Source of the DNA: Octopus sinensis
Taxonomy: Eukaryota
Length of the DNA: 10,832 nucleotides
NCBI RefSeq assembly: GCF_006345805.1
Contig: NW_021827354.1
Location: 1 to 10,832 of the forward strand
Direction of reading: 5' to 3'
Made by a program: the position numbers and the translations under genes. Below are positions 1-8,466 of the stretch, piece after piece. The stretch's first letter is position 1; every line of letters starts with the position of its first letter. Below the pieces are notes generated by a model. It searched no databases. It was not told the origin of the DNA and saw nothing but the letters and a program-made list of their open reading frames with translations.

Positions 1-300
1 CATGAGTGGGAACAGAATCGAATGTCTTCCGATAAGCAAACCATACTGTTTCAAGATTTCAACGGTGTTTTTATTTTCATTTCAGACAGTACTGCATTGT
101 TTATAAAAAATTGTTCGGGTCAACTCCAAAATTCCATCCTTTCGCCCTGTCTTCTCATACGACCACTACGTTGTTGGACTCACAATGATCATGGAGGAAT
201 TGGTTGAGGCAACTTGTGTACAAATATTTAGGCAAGAAATGGGCGAATAATTTTCTGCCAACTCGGTTGTTTCATTCTTGCATACAAAATTTGTCTGCAC

Positions 301-333
<33 letters not shown>

Positions 334-1006
334 TGTATGTATGTATGTATGTATGTGTGTGGTATATGTATGTACTGTATGTATGTATGTGTGTGGTGTG
401 TATGTATGTAGTATGTATGTATGTATGTATGTATATATGTATGTATGTGGTGATATGTATGTATATATGTATGTTGTGTGTAGGGTTATGTATGTATGTA
501 TGTGTGTAAGTATGTATGTATGGATGTATGTATGTGGTGTGTATGTATGTATGTATGGTATGTATGTATGGTGATGTATGTTATGTATGTATATATGTAT
601 GTAGGTATGTGTGTATGTATGTATGTATGTATGTGGTGTTGTTGTATGTATGTAGCGTATGTATGTATGTATGTATGCATGCAAGCATGTATGTATGTAA
701 GTATGTATGTATGTATGTATATATGTATGTATGTGTGTGTATGTATGTATATATGTATGTATGTGTGTATGTATGTATTATGTATGTATGTATGTAAGTA
801 TGTATGTATGTATGTATGTATGTGTGTGTATGTATGTATGTATGTATGTATGTATGTATGTGTGTATGTATGTATGTATATATGTATATATGTATGTATG
901 TATGTGTGTATGTATGTATGTATGTATGTATGTGTGTGTGTATGTATGTATGTATGTATGTATGCATGCAAGCATGTATGTATGTATGTATGTGTGTGTG
1001 TGTGTG
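301..1006. repeat. Long compound (TATG)n/(TG)n microsatellite
   Basis: ~700 bp of TATG units with TG, TA and TGG interruptions. It explains all the MYVC/HTYI-type ORFs from 166 to 1407. Confidence 0.98.
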
Positions 1007-1084
1007 CGCGTTTGCTGCAGTATTTACACGCACACACATACACATGCATTTATGTTAGTACATATCTTTACATGTTACTGTCAG

Positions 1085-1490
1085 TATCTATCTATCTATC
1101 GATCTATCTACCTATCTATCTAAATATAAATACATATATATGCATACATACATATATATATATACTTACACACACACACACACATATATATATATATTGT
1201 TGTGTGTGTGTATGCATGCATATATGTATTTATGTTTGTCTCTTAAAATGTGACTGTCCCTATATATATATGTATGTATTCAAGCACACACAGACACACG
1301 CACGCACACATCACACACTCACCCCTCACCTCACATATATATTTATATATACTTATCCATGCGTGTATATCATTTCCTCTATCTCTGAAGATGAAGACGG
1401 TGAATAAGTGTTAACGTGTGCGTGTGTGTGTGTATGTGTGTGTGTGTGTGTATGTGTCTGTGTGTGTGTGTGTATGTGTGTGTGTGTGTG
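1085..1490. repeat. Cluster of short microsatellites: (TATC)n, (TA)n, (CA)n, (TG)n
   Basis: Directly visible: TATC run ~1085-1120, TA/CA mix ~1130-1215, (TG)n ~1415-1490. Confidence 0.9.
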
Positions 1491-2272
1491 TTGCTTTTTA
1501 TTTAACGTCCAGTTTGTCACGTAAAAATTAGGCTTCGAATCTGGTTATAGATATTACCATCTTCCAATGGAATCCGTCAAAATAACAACGCAATTTACCA
1601 AAAGAATCCTTTCCAAAAGAGAATTATAATTATCAACTGCCTCGCCTACTCCAAAACTCATCTTTCACATTATAAGTTAATTTTAATAAGTTCTTTCTCG
1701 TTTTTTGGTGTTTATTGTGTTTTTTTTTTGTTTTCGAGTTCTCTATGGTTATACATGTTCTATTTTCATTTCCTTCGAGAAAAATGTTGTTGCTGAAGTT
1801 GCTATTGTTATTGTGCTGTTGTACTGGTTCTTCCGTTTGTTTGTTGTACTGGTTCTTCCGCTATTTTTGTTGCTGTTGTTGTGATGGTAGTGGTGGTGGT
1901 GGTGGTGGTAGTGCTTCTTGTAACGATTTACGTCGTTCCTTAAATTAAAATTTAAATAATGACCTTGTTTTCATTCTCGGCAAATGACACATGATAAATG
2001 CTGGTGTTAGGTGTCCGTTCATAAATTTGTATGAATGTATGTATGCATGTATGAACGAATGTATTCTATGATATTACACACACACACACACATACACACA
2101 CACACACACACACACGAACACACACATACACACATATATATGTACATGTACATATATTCATATGCATATACACATGCCTTTCAATACAAACACATAAGGC
2201 ATTAATATGTACAGATGTACATACATGCAAATATAATCATACCTGCTGAGGTACCCGGTTATGAATTACCTT

Positions 2273-2705
2273 TAATAAGATGTCTGTATAAAGCCATGAA
2301 ACATTTTGCAAAAATTTAAAATCTATATTTATGGGCGGGACCAATTTAATGAAAAAAAGAGCAGAGTCTGGTAGCGAACTCGTGTCGTCGTCATTTTTGT
2401 GCACGTATGTAAAATGGCGAAATTTTACGCTTTGGGGCAGATTTCGTGAAATTGCTGTCACGGCGGCTAGTGTGCAAAATGCCTAAATTTTGCTTGAGAA
2501 ATAAAATGCTCTTTCCCAATGAAAACCTGAAATAATAAGTTTTAGCAAATCAAAACAACTCGCATTGAAATGAAGAATTAGCAAATGCTAAATAGATTAT
2601 CGTTAATAAACTGTCTGTTTATATCCATGAAACATTTTTGTCAAATTTCATCATTTTTCGTCAAATTGATGCCACGATGGTTAGTGCGAAAAATGCCGAA
2701 ATTTT
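2273..2705. repeat. Imperfect direct duplication of two blocks, probably the interior of a non-autonomous DNA element
   Basis: 2273-2317 (taataagatgtctgtataaagccatgaaacattttg) resembles 2604-2647 (taataaactgtctgtttatatccatgaaacatttttg). 2441-2491 (tttcgtgaaattgctgtcacggcggctagtgtgcaaaatgcctaaatttt) resembles 2655-2705 (tttcgtcaaattgatgccacgatggttagtgcgaaaaatgccgaaatttt). Confidence 0.7.
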
Positions 2706-2761
2706 ACCATCATAAGTGACCGCATGGTCATAAGCCTCAAAGATGTGTCAAATTTCATTAA

Positions 2762-3183
2762 GAAGTAATTTCACGTTAAAGTAGTCCTATTTCGGTAATT
2801 TCAACCAATCAATGACGTGTATTCAGTTGAATACAATTACTGCCGTTGTTTGTCAACAAGAACATTCCGCGGTGTATTTTTCGTTTGTCACTGTTATTTA
2901 TGACAACCCTAATCCTAAAACCCTAACCCTAACCCTAAAACCTTAACCCTAGCCCTAACCCTAACCCTAACCCTAACCCTAAAACCCTAACCCTTACCCT
3001 AAAACCTTAAAGCTAAAACCAGTACAAACATACGAACGATGTCATAAATAACAATGACAAACGAAAAATACACCGCCGATAGTTGTTGTTGACAAACAAC
3101 GGCAGTAATTTTATTCAGCTGAATAGACGTCATTGATTGGTTGAAATTACCGAAATAGGACTACTTTAATGTGAAATTACTTC
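2762..3183. mobile_element. Fold-back / MITE-like element with 144-bp inverted arms and a telomere-like core
   Basis: Left arm 2762-2905 and right arm 3040-3183 are reverse complements with 9 mismatches in 144 by manual alignment. Flanks are TTAA (2758-2761) and GTAA (3184-3187), possibly a mutated TTAA TSD. The inverted repeat is certain; the mobile-element status is inferred. Confidence 0.75.
2905..3019. repeat. Interstitial telomere-like repeat (CCCTAA)n with CCCTAAAA variants
   Basis: accctaatcctaaaaccctaaccctaaccctaaaaccttaaccctagccctaaccctaaccctaaccctaaccctaaaaccctaacc...; reads TTAGGG on the minus strand. Confidence 0.92.
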
Positions 3184-3258
3184 GTAAATATAAGTTTTTC
3201 TAAAAGAATGCTAAGAGTAAAAGGTGTTTTATATGACACATTCTACCTGTGTCCGAAG

Positions 3259-3317
3259 TTTGAAAGTGTTTAGTTACAAAAAGTTATTTTGAAAGTGTTT
3301 AGTTACAAAAGTTATTT
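3259..3317. repeat. Tandem duplication of a ~29-30 bp unit
   Basis: tttgaaagtgtttagttacaaaa(a)gttat occurs twice head-to-tail. Confidence 0.9.
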
Positions 3318-3610
3318 AAAATTCGATTAGTCCCTGGACGGTGACGTGAAGCTGTTCACGTTATTTAAACTTGTGCCGATTCACATACATTGCCACTACC
3401 AACCTACTTCTCTTCTGTATTGAACTCACAATTCATATTACTACTTTTCACTGAGCACCAAACTTCGAAAGTAGCTGTGAAGGATTCTCTCTTACTGCCG
3501 ATGTTCGAGTATGATTTTCAGGAATTTTGTCAATTCAACTTGAAGCAACACGAAGGTCTATTAGAATTCTCCTCCAGCTCGTTAGTGACATTACAATATA
3601 AAATTTCAGG

Positions 3611-3745
3611 AACTTGTATTCAACTGATATCTATTTTATCGATTCTGAAAGGGTGAAAGGCAAACGAGACCTTGGTAGGATTTGAATTCAGAGTGTAAAG
3701 AGCCGGAGAAAATAATGCAAAACAGTTTGCAGTATTTCTTCCTGC
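3611..3745 (-). mobile_element. Degenerate tRNA-derived SINE fragment with a conserved central (Meta/MESC-like) domain
   Basis: Minus strand reads ...ctctttacactctgaattcaaatcctaccaaggtctcgtttgcctttcaccctttcagaatcgataaaatagatatcag. This gives a B-box-like GAATTCAAATCC (3678-3689) followed by a GCCTTTCAYCCTTTC..TCGATAAA motif that I recall from mollusc SINEs. The domain name is from memory. Confidence 0.65.
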
Positions 3746-3770
3746 CTTTCACGTTCCGAGTTCAGACCTC
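3716..3770 (+). mobile_element. Second SINE head fragment, inverted relative to the previous one
   Basis: gcagtatttcttcctgcctttcacgttccgagttcagacc with B-box-like GAGTTCAGACC at 3758-3768. It parallels the minus-strand copy (attttctccggctctttacactctgaattcaaatcc). Confidence 0.5.
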
Positions 3771-3934
3771 ATCTAAGCAGGATGTGAAGTCAGTCTCCAC
3801 ACCAACTTCTCTTCTGTATTATTCTACCAGTTTAGTTTACTGAACTGAAATTAATATATGTGTTCATACGCACATACTTATACAGACACATACGTACATT
3901 CATATATACAAGCAAACACGCATAGACGCATTCA

Positions 3935-3942
3935 TACATACA

Positions 3943-3974
<32 letters not shown>

Positions 3975-3975
3975 C
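3935..3975. repeat. (TACA)n microsatellite
   Basis: Direct observation. Confidence 0.95.
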
Positions 3976-4774
3976 TTATGCTCACACACACACATATATA
4001 CATTATAAACTAATTTTATTGAAACCTGCCTGGAGTTTTAAGAAGAAAAAAAAATAACGAAGCAAAAAACAAAGTAAAAAAAAACATAAAAAGAAAACGT
4101 GGGAAGGAAAATAAGATTATGAAAGACATCACGAAAAAACAATCCGTTCTACCTGAACCACCATTTAAAAAAAAAAAAAGAAGAACGAGAGAAAGAAATA
4201 ACGGATAAAAATCTCTGGGAAATAACTTCTCTTCGTATTATTGTTCACCTGCCAAACGCCACGGACCAATTTTAGTTGGGAAACATTTATAAGCTGCTCC
4301 GTTTCATTGTTGCTTTTGTTGTTTTATGTGCTTTTATAGTTAATTTTAATCTTCTGCCAGAGAAAGACGTGTCGGCTGCTCTTTCCATTCGTCACGTGAA
4401 AGGAAACCCTTCATTATGTAGCTGCCTGCATGATTGATATATTTATCACCTCATCTTGCAGTTTACTACATCAAGCATAACACCTTTACCTTATCACTTT
4501 TACAAATTTAACACAGACTTTACGAAAACCACAGATCGCTTATACACCCTTTCATATATGTGCGCTCAAGCACGCATACGTACACATACACACACATGTA
4601 CACATTCGCACGTACGCATACATATACACAGAGTCTCACTCATGGTCTCACACACATAAATAAACATCCATACATCTCCCACCGCACAAATATATACATA
4701 TGTGTATAGAGGGGGGGGGGAGAAGGAGGTAAAGTAGGGAGAGATAGGTGGAGAAGGGGAGATAGATCAATATT

Positions 4775-4854
4775 GACATGGTTGTATCGTTAAGAAATTC
4801 GCTTCGCATCCGCATGGCTTCGGGTTCAGTTCCACTGCACAGACCACTGGGCAA

Positions 4855-4858
<4 letters not shown>
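4775..4858 (+). mobile_element. Truncated tRNA-derived SINE head running into (GT)n
   Basis: Degenerate A-box region (catggttgtatcgttaagaa), B-box GGTTCAGTTCC at 4823-4833, then a CORE-like ...CTGGGCAAATGT. Matches my recollection of an abundant octopus SINE head. Confidence 0.7.
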
Positions 4859-4891
<33 letters not shown>

Positions 4892-4992
4892 GTGTATATC
4901 TATCTATCTATCTATCTCCCCCCCTCTCTCTCTATATATATATATGTATATGTATTATGCACACACAGATACATACATTCGTTCATATATAT

Positions 4993-5025
<33 letters not shown>

Positions 5026-5026
5026 T
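4857..5026. repeat. Compound microsatellite (GT)n-(TATC)n-(CT)n-(TA)n
   Basis: Direct observation; explains ORFs 4778-5032 and 4857-5261. Confidence 0.95.
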
Positions 5027-5626
5027 TCTTGAAATTGTTTCAACTCCAAAGTTTCGGTCATGCTGGGGCACATATATGTTACACATTCGTAAACTTACGT
5101 TCACTGACGCACACACACATACACACGCACGCGCACGCGCATACACACACACACACACATTCAACATGCCATATTCCCAAGAACGGACGAACATAACTAA
5201 AATCCACAATGTCTCTCCAAACGTTTGTTCTCGTAACCACTATTTTCTGTTATTAGTATAACCTCTCATATATAATAATAACATACCAAAAACTGCAACA
5301 GAAAGGCTTAGGTCCCATTTTGGGACCAGAAAATACTTGACCAAAGGTGAATCCACTTTAAAACTCAAGTATTGACCATAATGTGCACTGCTCACATTAC
5401 TGGTACGGCACAATGGACACTAACATCGTATACAACAGTCCACTTATCCTATAATATAATAAGGACTAAGTTTTTTTTGCTCAAGATCAGAAGATACTTC
5501 AATCTTGATGAAGTCTTAATCTTTTACAGAAGTGAAACGTGTGCCGTCTGAGGTCATCACCTAACACGTGTGCAAAACCGATTGGTAAAAACCGGCTGAA
5601 ATGTATCTATAATACTGTATTACAAA

Positions 5627-5763
5627 CCACACACACACACACACACACACAACACTCACACATACACACACATCCCACACACACACCTACATACATACAT
5701 ACATACATAACATACATACATACATACATACTACATACATACATACATACATATATATATATA
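5627..5763. repeat. (CA)n-(TACA)n-(TA)n microsatellite
   Basis: Direct observation. Confidence 0.95.
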
Positions 5764-5853
5764 TTTTAGCTGATGAGACGGGACACGTTTATATGCTGTA
5801 ATTTTTACAACTTTTAATAAAGCCTGTCCTTGTATGAAACGATTGTACTAAAA
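5764..5853 (+). ncRNA. Type-I minimal hammerhead ribozyme motif (PLE-type, long stem II)
   Basis: Stem I TTTTAG (5764-5769) pairs with CTAAAA (5848-5853). Core CTGATGA 5770-5776. Stem II GACGGGACA (5777-5785) pairs with TGTCCTTGTAT (5825-5835) with bulges. GAAAC 5836-5840, short stem III AC/GT around a GATT loop, GTA triplet 5845-5847. Confidence 0.8.
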
Positions 5854-5883
5854 ACCTATCCATTCTTGTTGCTTCTTTCTCGC

Positions 5884-5884
<1 letters not shown>

Positions 5885-5931
<47 letters not shown>
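5885..5931. repeat. (TA)n microsatellite
   Basis: Direct observation. Confidence 0.98.
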
Positions 5932-5933
<2 letters not shown>

Positions 5934-6000
5934 ACACTAATAAAATAAGGACAACGAAGAATTTGAACATTCAGGCTTTCCGCTTGGTGTATTCCTAGTA

Positions 6001-6097
6001 ATTGTCCAATACGTGTTTCGATCCTGTCGATTGCAAATTACAGCATATTTATATGCAGGGATTTATGCATAACTTGTACAGTCTCTTCAGGGTGAAT
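6001..6097 (-). ncRNA. Degenerate type-I hammerhead ribozyme motif, sense to the PLE
   Basis: Minus strand: ATTCACC-CTGAAGA-GACTGT...ACAGGATC-GAAAC-ACGT-ATT-GGACAAT. Core CUGAAGA is 6090-6084 and GAAAC is 6019-6015. Stem I pairs 5 of 7. The cleavage triplet is ATT rather than GTH, so stem III is weakened. Confidence 0.6.
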
Positions 6098-6141
6098 AAA
6101 CATGTCATTGTTCAAGTAATAATTAGTTTAAATATGGCTCG

Positions 6142-6198
<57 letters not shown>
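6142..6198. repeat. (GTA)n microsatellite
   Basis: Direct observation. Confidence 0.98.
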
Positions 6199-6576
6199 AA
6201 TTATGTTGTTCAACGATGAGTTGCAATTCACCACTGATTGTATACAAACCTGGTAGCAGCAGCAGCAGTCTTTGCTGATGTTGACAAATTTTACTGGACC
6301 GCTTGGGAGTGGTTATTTATAGAGCACTTTTCTTTTGAATTATTCTACATTCCTTAGAGTCATGTGATATTTTAAATAGATTTTCGGGTTGGTTGTTCTA
6401 CTTAAATTGTGATGGAAATAGTAGTGGGTGATTACAGGTCAGTAGGCACCATACGCTTAATAAACTGAAGCATTTAATGGTAAATTTTATAAATTTCATA
6501 AAGATTTTCAATTTAATTATTATTATTATTATTTTAAAGAGTTGAATGGCTAGAATTACATGGTTCTTGCATTCTA

Positions 6577-6945
6577 TTATTCGTATGTTTTAAAAATAAG
6601 ACGTTGTTTGTGCAAGCAATTAAAACTTCTTTCTTGTCTAATGTCAACTAATTTCTTTTTCGAAGTAAATATTTGGTAAAATTCTTCTAGGCATAAAGCG
6701 CATTTTTCGTCCCTTATTTTGTAGGGTTTTGCAGTGTTAATAATTTCCCATTTTAATGAATATTTAATATTTTCATCTTTGAGTGACCATTTAAGTTTAC
6801 TAAGACCTATTGAAGATTTCCTAGAATTATATCTAAACAAACTTTCATGATTTACTATTCTTTGTTTTATGTATCATGAACTAGCTCCTATATAGTAATA
6901 TTTATTTGTATCTGTTGTTACAACACATGTATAGACGGTGTTTTT
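6577..6945 (-). pseudogene. GIY-YIG endonuclease domain of the PLE
   Basis: KNTVYTCVVTTDTNKYYYIGASS*YIKQRIVNHESLFRYNSRKSSIGLSKLKWSLKDENIKYSLKWEII...KCALCLEEFYQI...NCLHKQ. It shows a GIY-like TVY, YIG, conserved R..NH, and the C-terminal CxLC..E / C.H signature of PLE endonucleases. In-frame TGA at 6874-6876. Confidence 0.85.
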
Positions 6946-7073
6946 TATTCTAATTTTAAAATTTACGTTGTGTTCTAGCGCAATTAGCTTTTCTATGTAT
7001 TAAACAAGCTACGTCTTCATCATTATATTTTATAGTGTTTGTGTCTGTTTTATATTTTTGCTGATTATCTTTA

Positions 7074-7434
7074 TTATTACTTCCGTTTTAGCGAAGGCGG
7101 AGGTATTATTTTCACTCGTGTTTGTTTGTTTGTCCGTGGACAGGATATCTCAAGAACCGCTGGATGGATTGGGATGAAACTTTTAGGGATGTTTAGCCTC
7201 GTGACTGGCACGAACTGATTATATTTCGGGATCGATCTGATACCGGACAAGGATTCTGGATTCTTTTTCCGGATTTTTTTAACTTAATTTTTGAGAGTGG
7301 ATGGATTTATTTTTAGTATTCTCGTTTGTGAGAGCAGTCGAGTTATTCTCATTTTAAAAATCGTTTCCGGCCAATCGTTGAGAGAACGTTGGTGTTGCCT
7401 TGGCGGAGATTTGCACTCTCCGAGTGCTCTTGTT
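7074..7434 (+). mobile_element. Helentron-associated non-autonomous element (HINE / DINE-1-like) inserted into the PLE
   Basis: 5' self-inverted subterminal block (acttccg...gcgaaggcggaggt), short (GTTT)n/GTCC microsatellite, 3' subterminal repeat ccttggcggaga (~7398-7409), 3' hairpin GCACTC-tcc-GAGTGC (7413-7427). Both ends lie in TT/TTA runs, and the PLE Asn-rich reading frame resumes on either side. Confidence 0.75.
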
Positions 7435-7682
7435 ATTATTGTTTTCAAAATAGTTGCTGCTCTTTCTAGTCGTCATGTGTGTCTGTCTTTTACTTATGGA
7501 ATCTATGGAATTATTTAATTGAGTAGTTTCCTTTTGATCATTATTTTTTTCTTAATAGTGGTTTCATTAGAGTCTGGGTTAATCCTTTTACCATCGTTTT
7601 TGAGGTTGGTATTATTATAATTATCTTTAATTTGGTTTACATTTTTATTTACCGTAATGTTATCATCATGAGCTTTTGAAAT

Positions 7683-7964
7683 TTACATGTTGCCGTGGGC
7701 GGCTATAATTTGAGCTAACTTTCTTGAGTTTGAAAACGCAATTTTGATTTGTTTTTCTTTATTAAATAGATTATGGTATTTATTTGTTACCGGAAAAAAA
7801 TTATCTAGTGCTTCGTAGTACATTCGAGGTATCTTTGACTTAACCTGTTTAGCGAAGGGGATTATTATCCACTCTATATCTTTAGCATAATTTCTTAACT
7901 TATTGTTAGAATTATAAATAAAATTTATGGTTGGAGTAAACTTTTTACCTTTATTTTCTATCAA
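7683..7964 (-). pseudogene. PLE RT-to-endonuclease linker segment
   Basis: The supplied 93-aa ORF resembles the 'IIWFNPPF...IGxxFLxLIDxHFP...KIFNxNxxKxSYS..N...II..HN' motif typical of Neptune-type PLEs (from recall). Confidence 0.75.
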
Positions 7965-8466
7965 GTTAGGGTTTTTGTGTTTAATTTTCCTATTATAGTA
8001 TTTATCATTAGCGGAATTAGGTCGTGTGTTAAAGTAAGTCGTTTTAAAACTTCTTTATATTATTAGAACATCGTATTTTGTCATTGTTCTTTGAATTGGT
8101 ATTCTTGTGGTTATCCATTCATTTGTCGTTATTATGATCATGCTGTTTATTTATACGTTTGTTGTATTCAATTAACTTATCTTTACCTACAGTTTTCCTA
8201 TCCTCTTTAACTTCATCTCCATGGTCTCTATTTCTGCAGTGAGAATTAATCATTCCATTATTATCATTTGTTCCTAAGTTAGTTTGTGCTGTATTATAAT
8301 TATCCGCCCTATTATTAATTTTAATTCTTTCTTATACCCTGCTTTTTCTAGAGTTAAATTGTAATAATCTGTATTTGATCTTAAAATTTCTTCATTGGCT
8401 GAGAGATTAGAGATACGGGTTGAAATATTTTCGACAAATTTGTTTGTCATATTTTATTATTATTAC

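Larger units (their letters stand above)
6577..8450 (-). mobile_element. Decayed, 5'-truncated Penelope-like element (Neptune-like), RT C-terminus through GIY-YIG endonuclease
   Basis: Manual minus-strand translation gives, in order: an RT-thumb-like segment MTNKFVENISTRISNLSANEEILRSNTDYYNLTLEKAGYKKELKL (8450-8316); DIEWIIIPFAKQVKSKIPRMYYEALDNFFP...FNKEKQIKIAFSNSRKLAQIIAAH; a partly degenerate Cys region; and a GIY-YIG domain. It has multiple stops and frameshifts, and the RT palm is absent. Confidence 0.85.

Noticed and set aside
68-207. Strong-looking splice acceptor (ttttattttcatttcag, ending at 86) and a minus-strand GTGAGT donor near 178-183
   Set aside because: No recognisable coding frame or matched partner site. 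Cannot be supported without transcript data.
166-1407. Nine overlapping long ORFs (up to 303 aa) rich in MYVC or HTYI
   Set aside because: They are translations of (TATG)n/(TG)n, which lack stop codons in most frames. No protein-like complexity.
5481-5553. Possible third hammerhead (TTGATGA...GAAACG...CGTC)
   Set aside because: The core is non-canonical, stem II does not pair, and stem I is out of register. The sequence is better explained by a simple hairpin, TCAAGAT (5481-5487) / ATCTTGA (5502-5508).
1715-5769. Other short ORFs (1715, 2237, 3390, 4456, 4648, 4778, 4857, 4955, 5539)
   Set aside because: Low-complexity or repeat-derived, with no recognisable domains.
5930-5960. TCTACACTAATAAAATAAG after (TA)n resembles a Helitron 5' end
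   Set aside because: Short and AT-rich, with no matching 3' hairpin-CTRR end identified.
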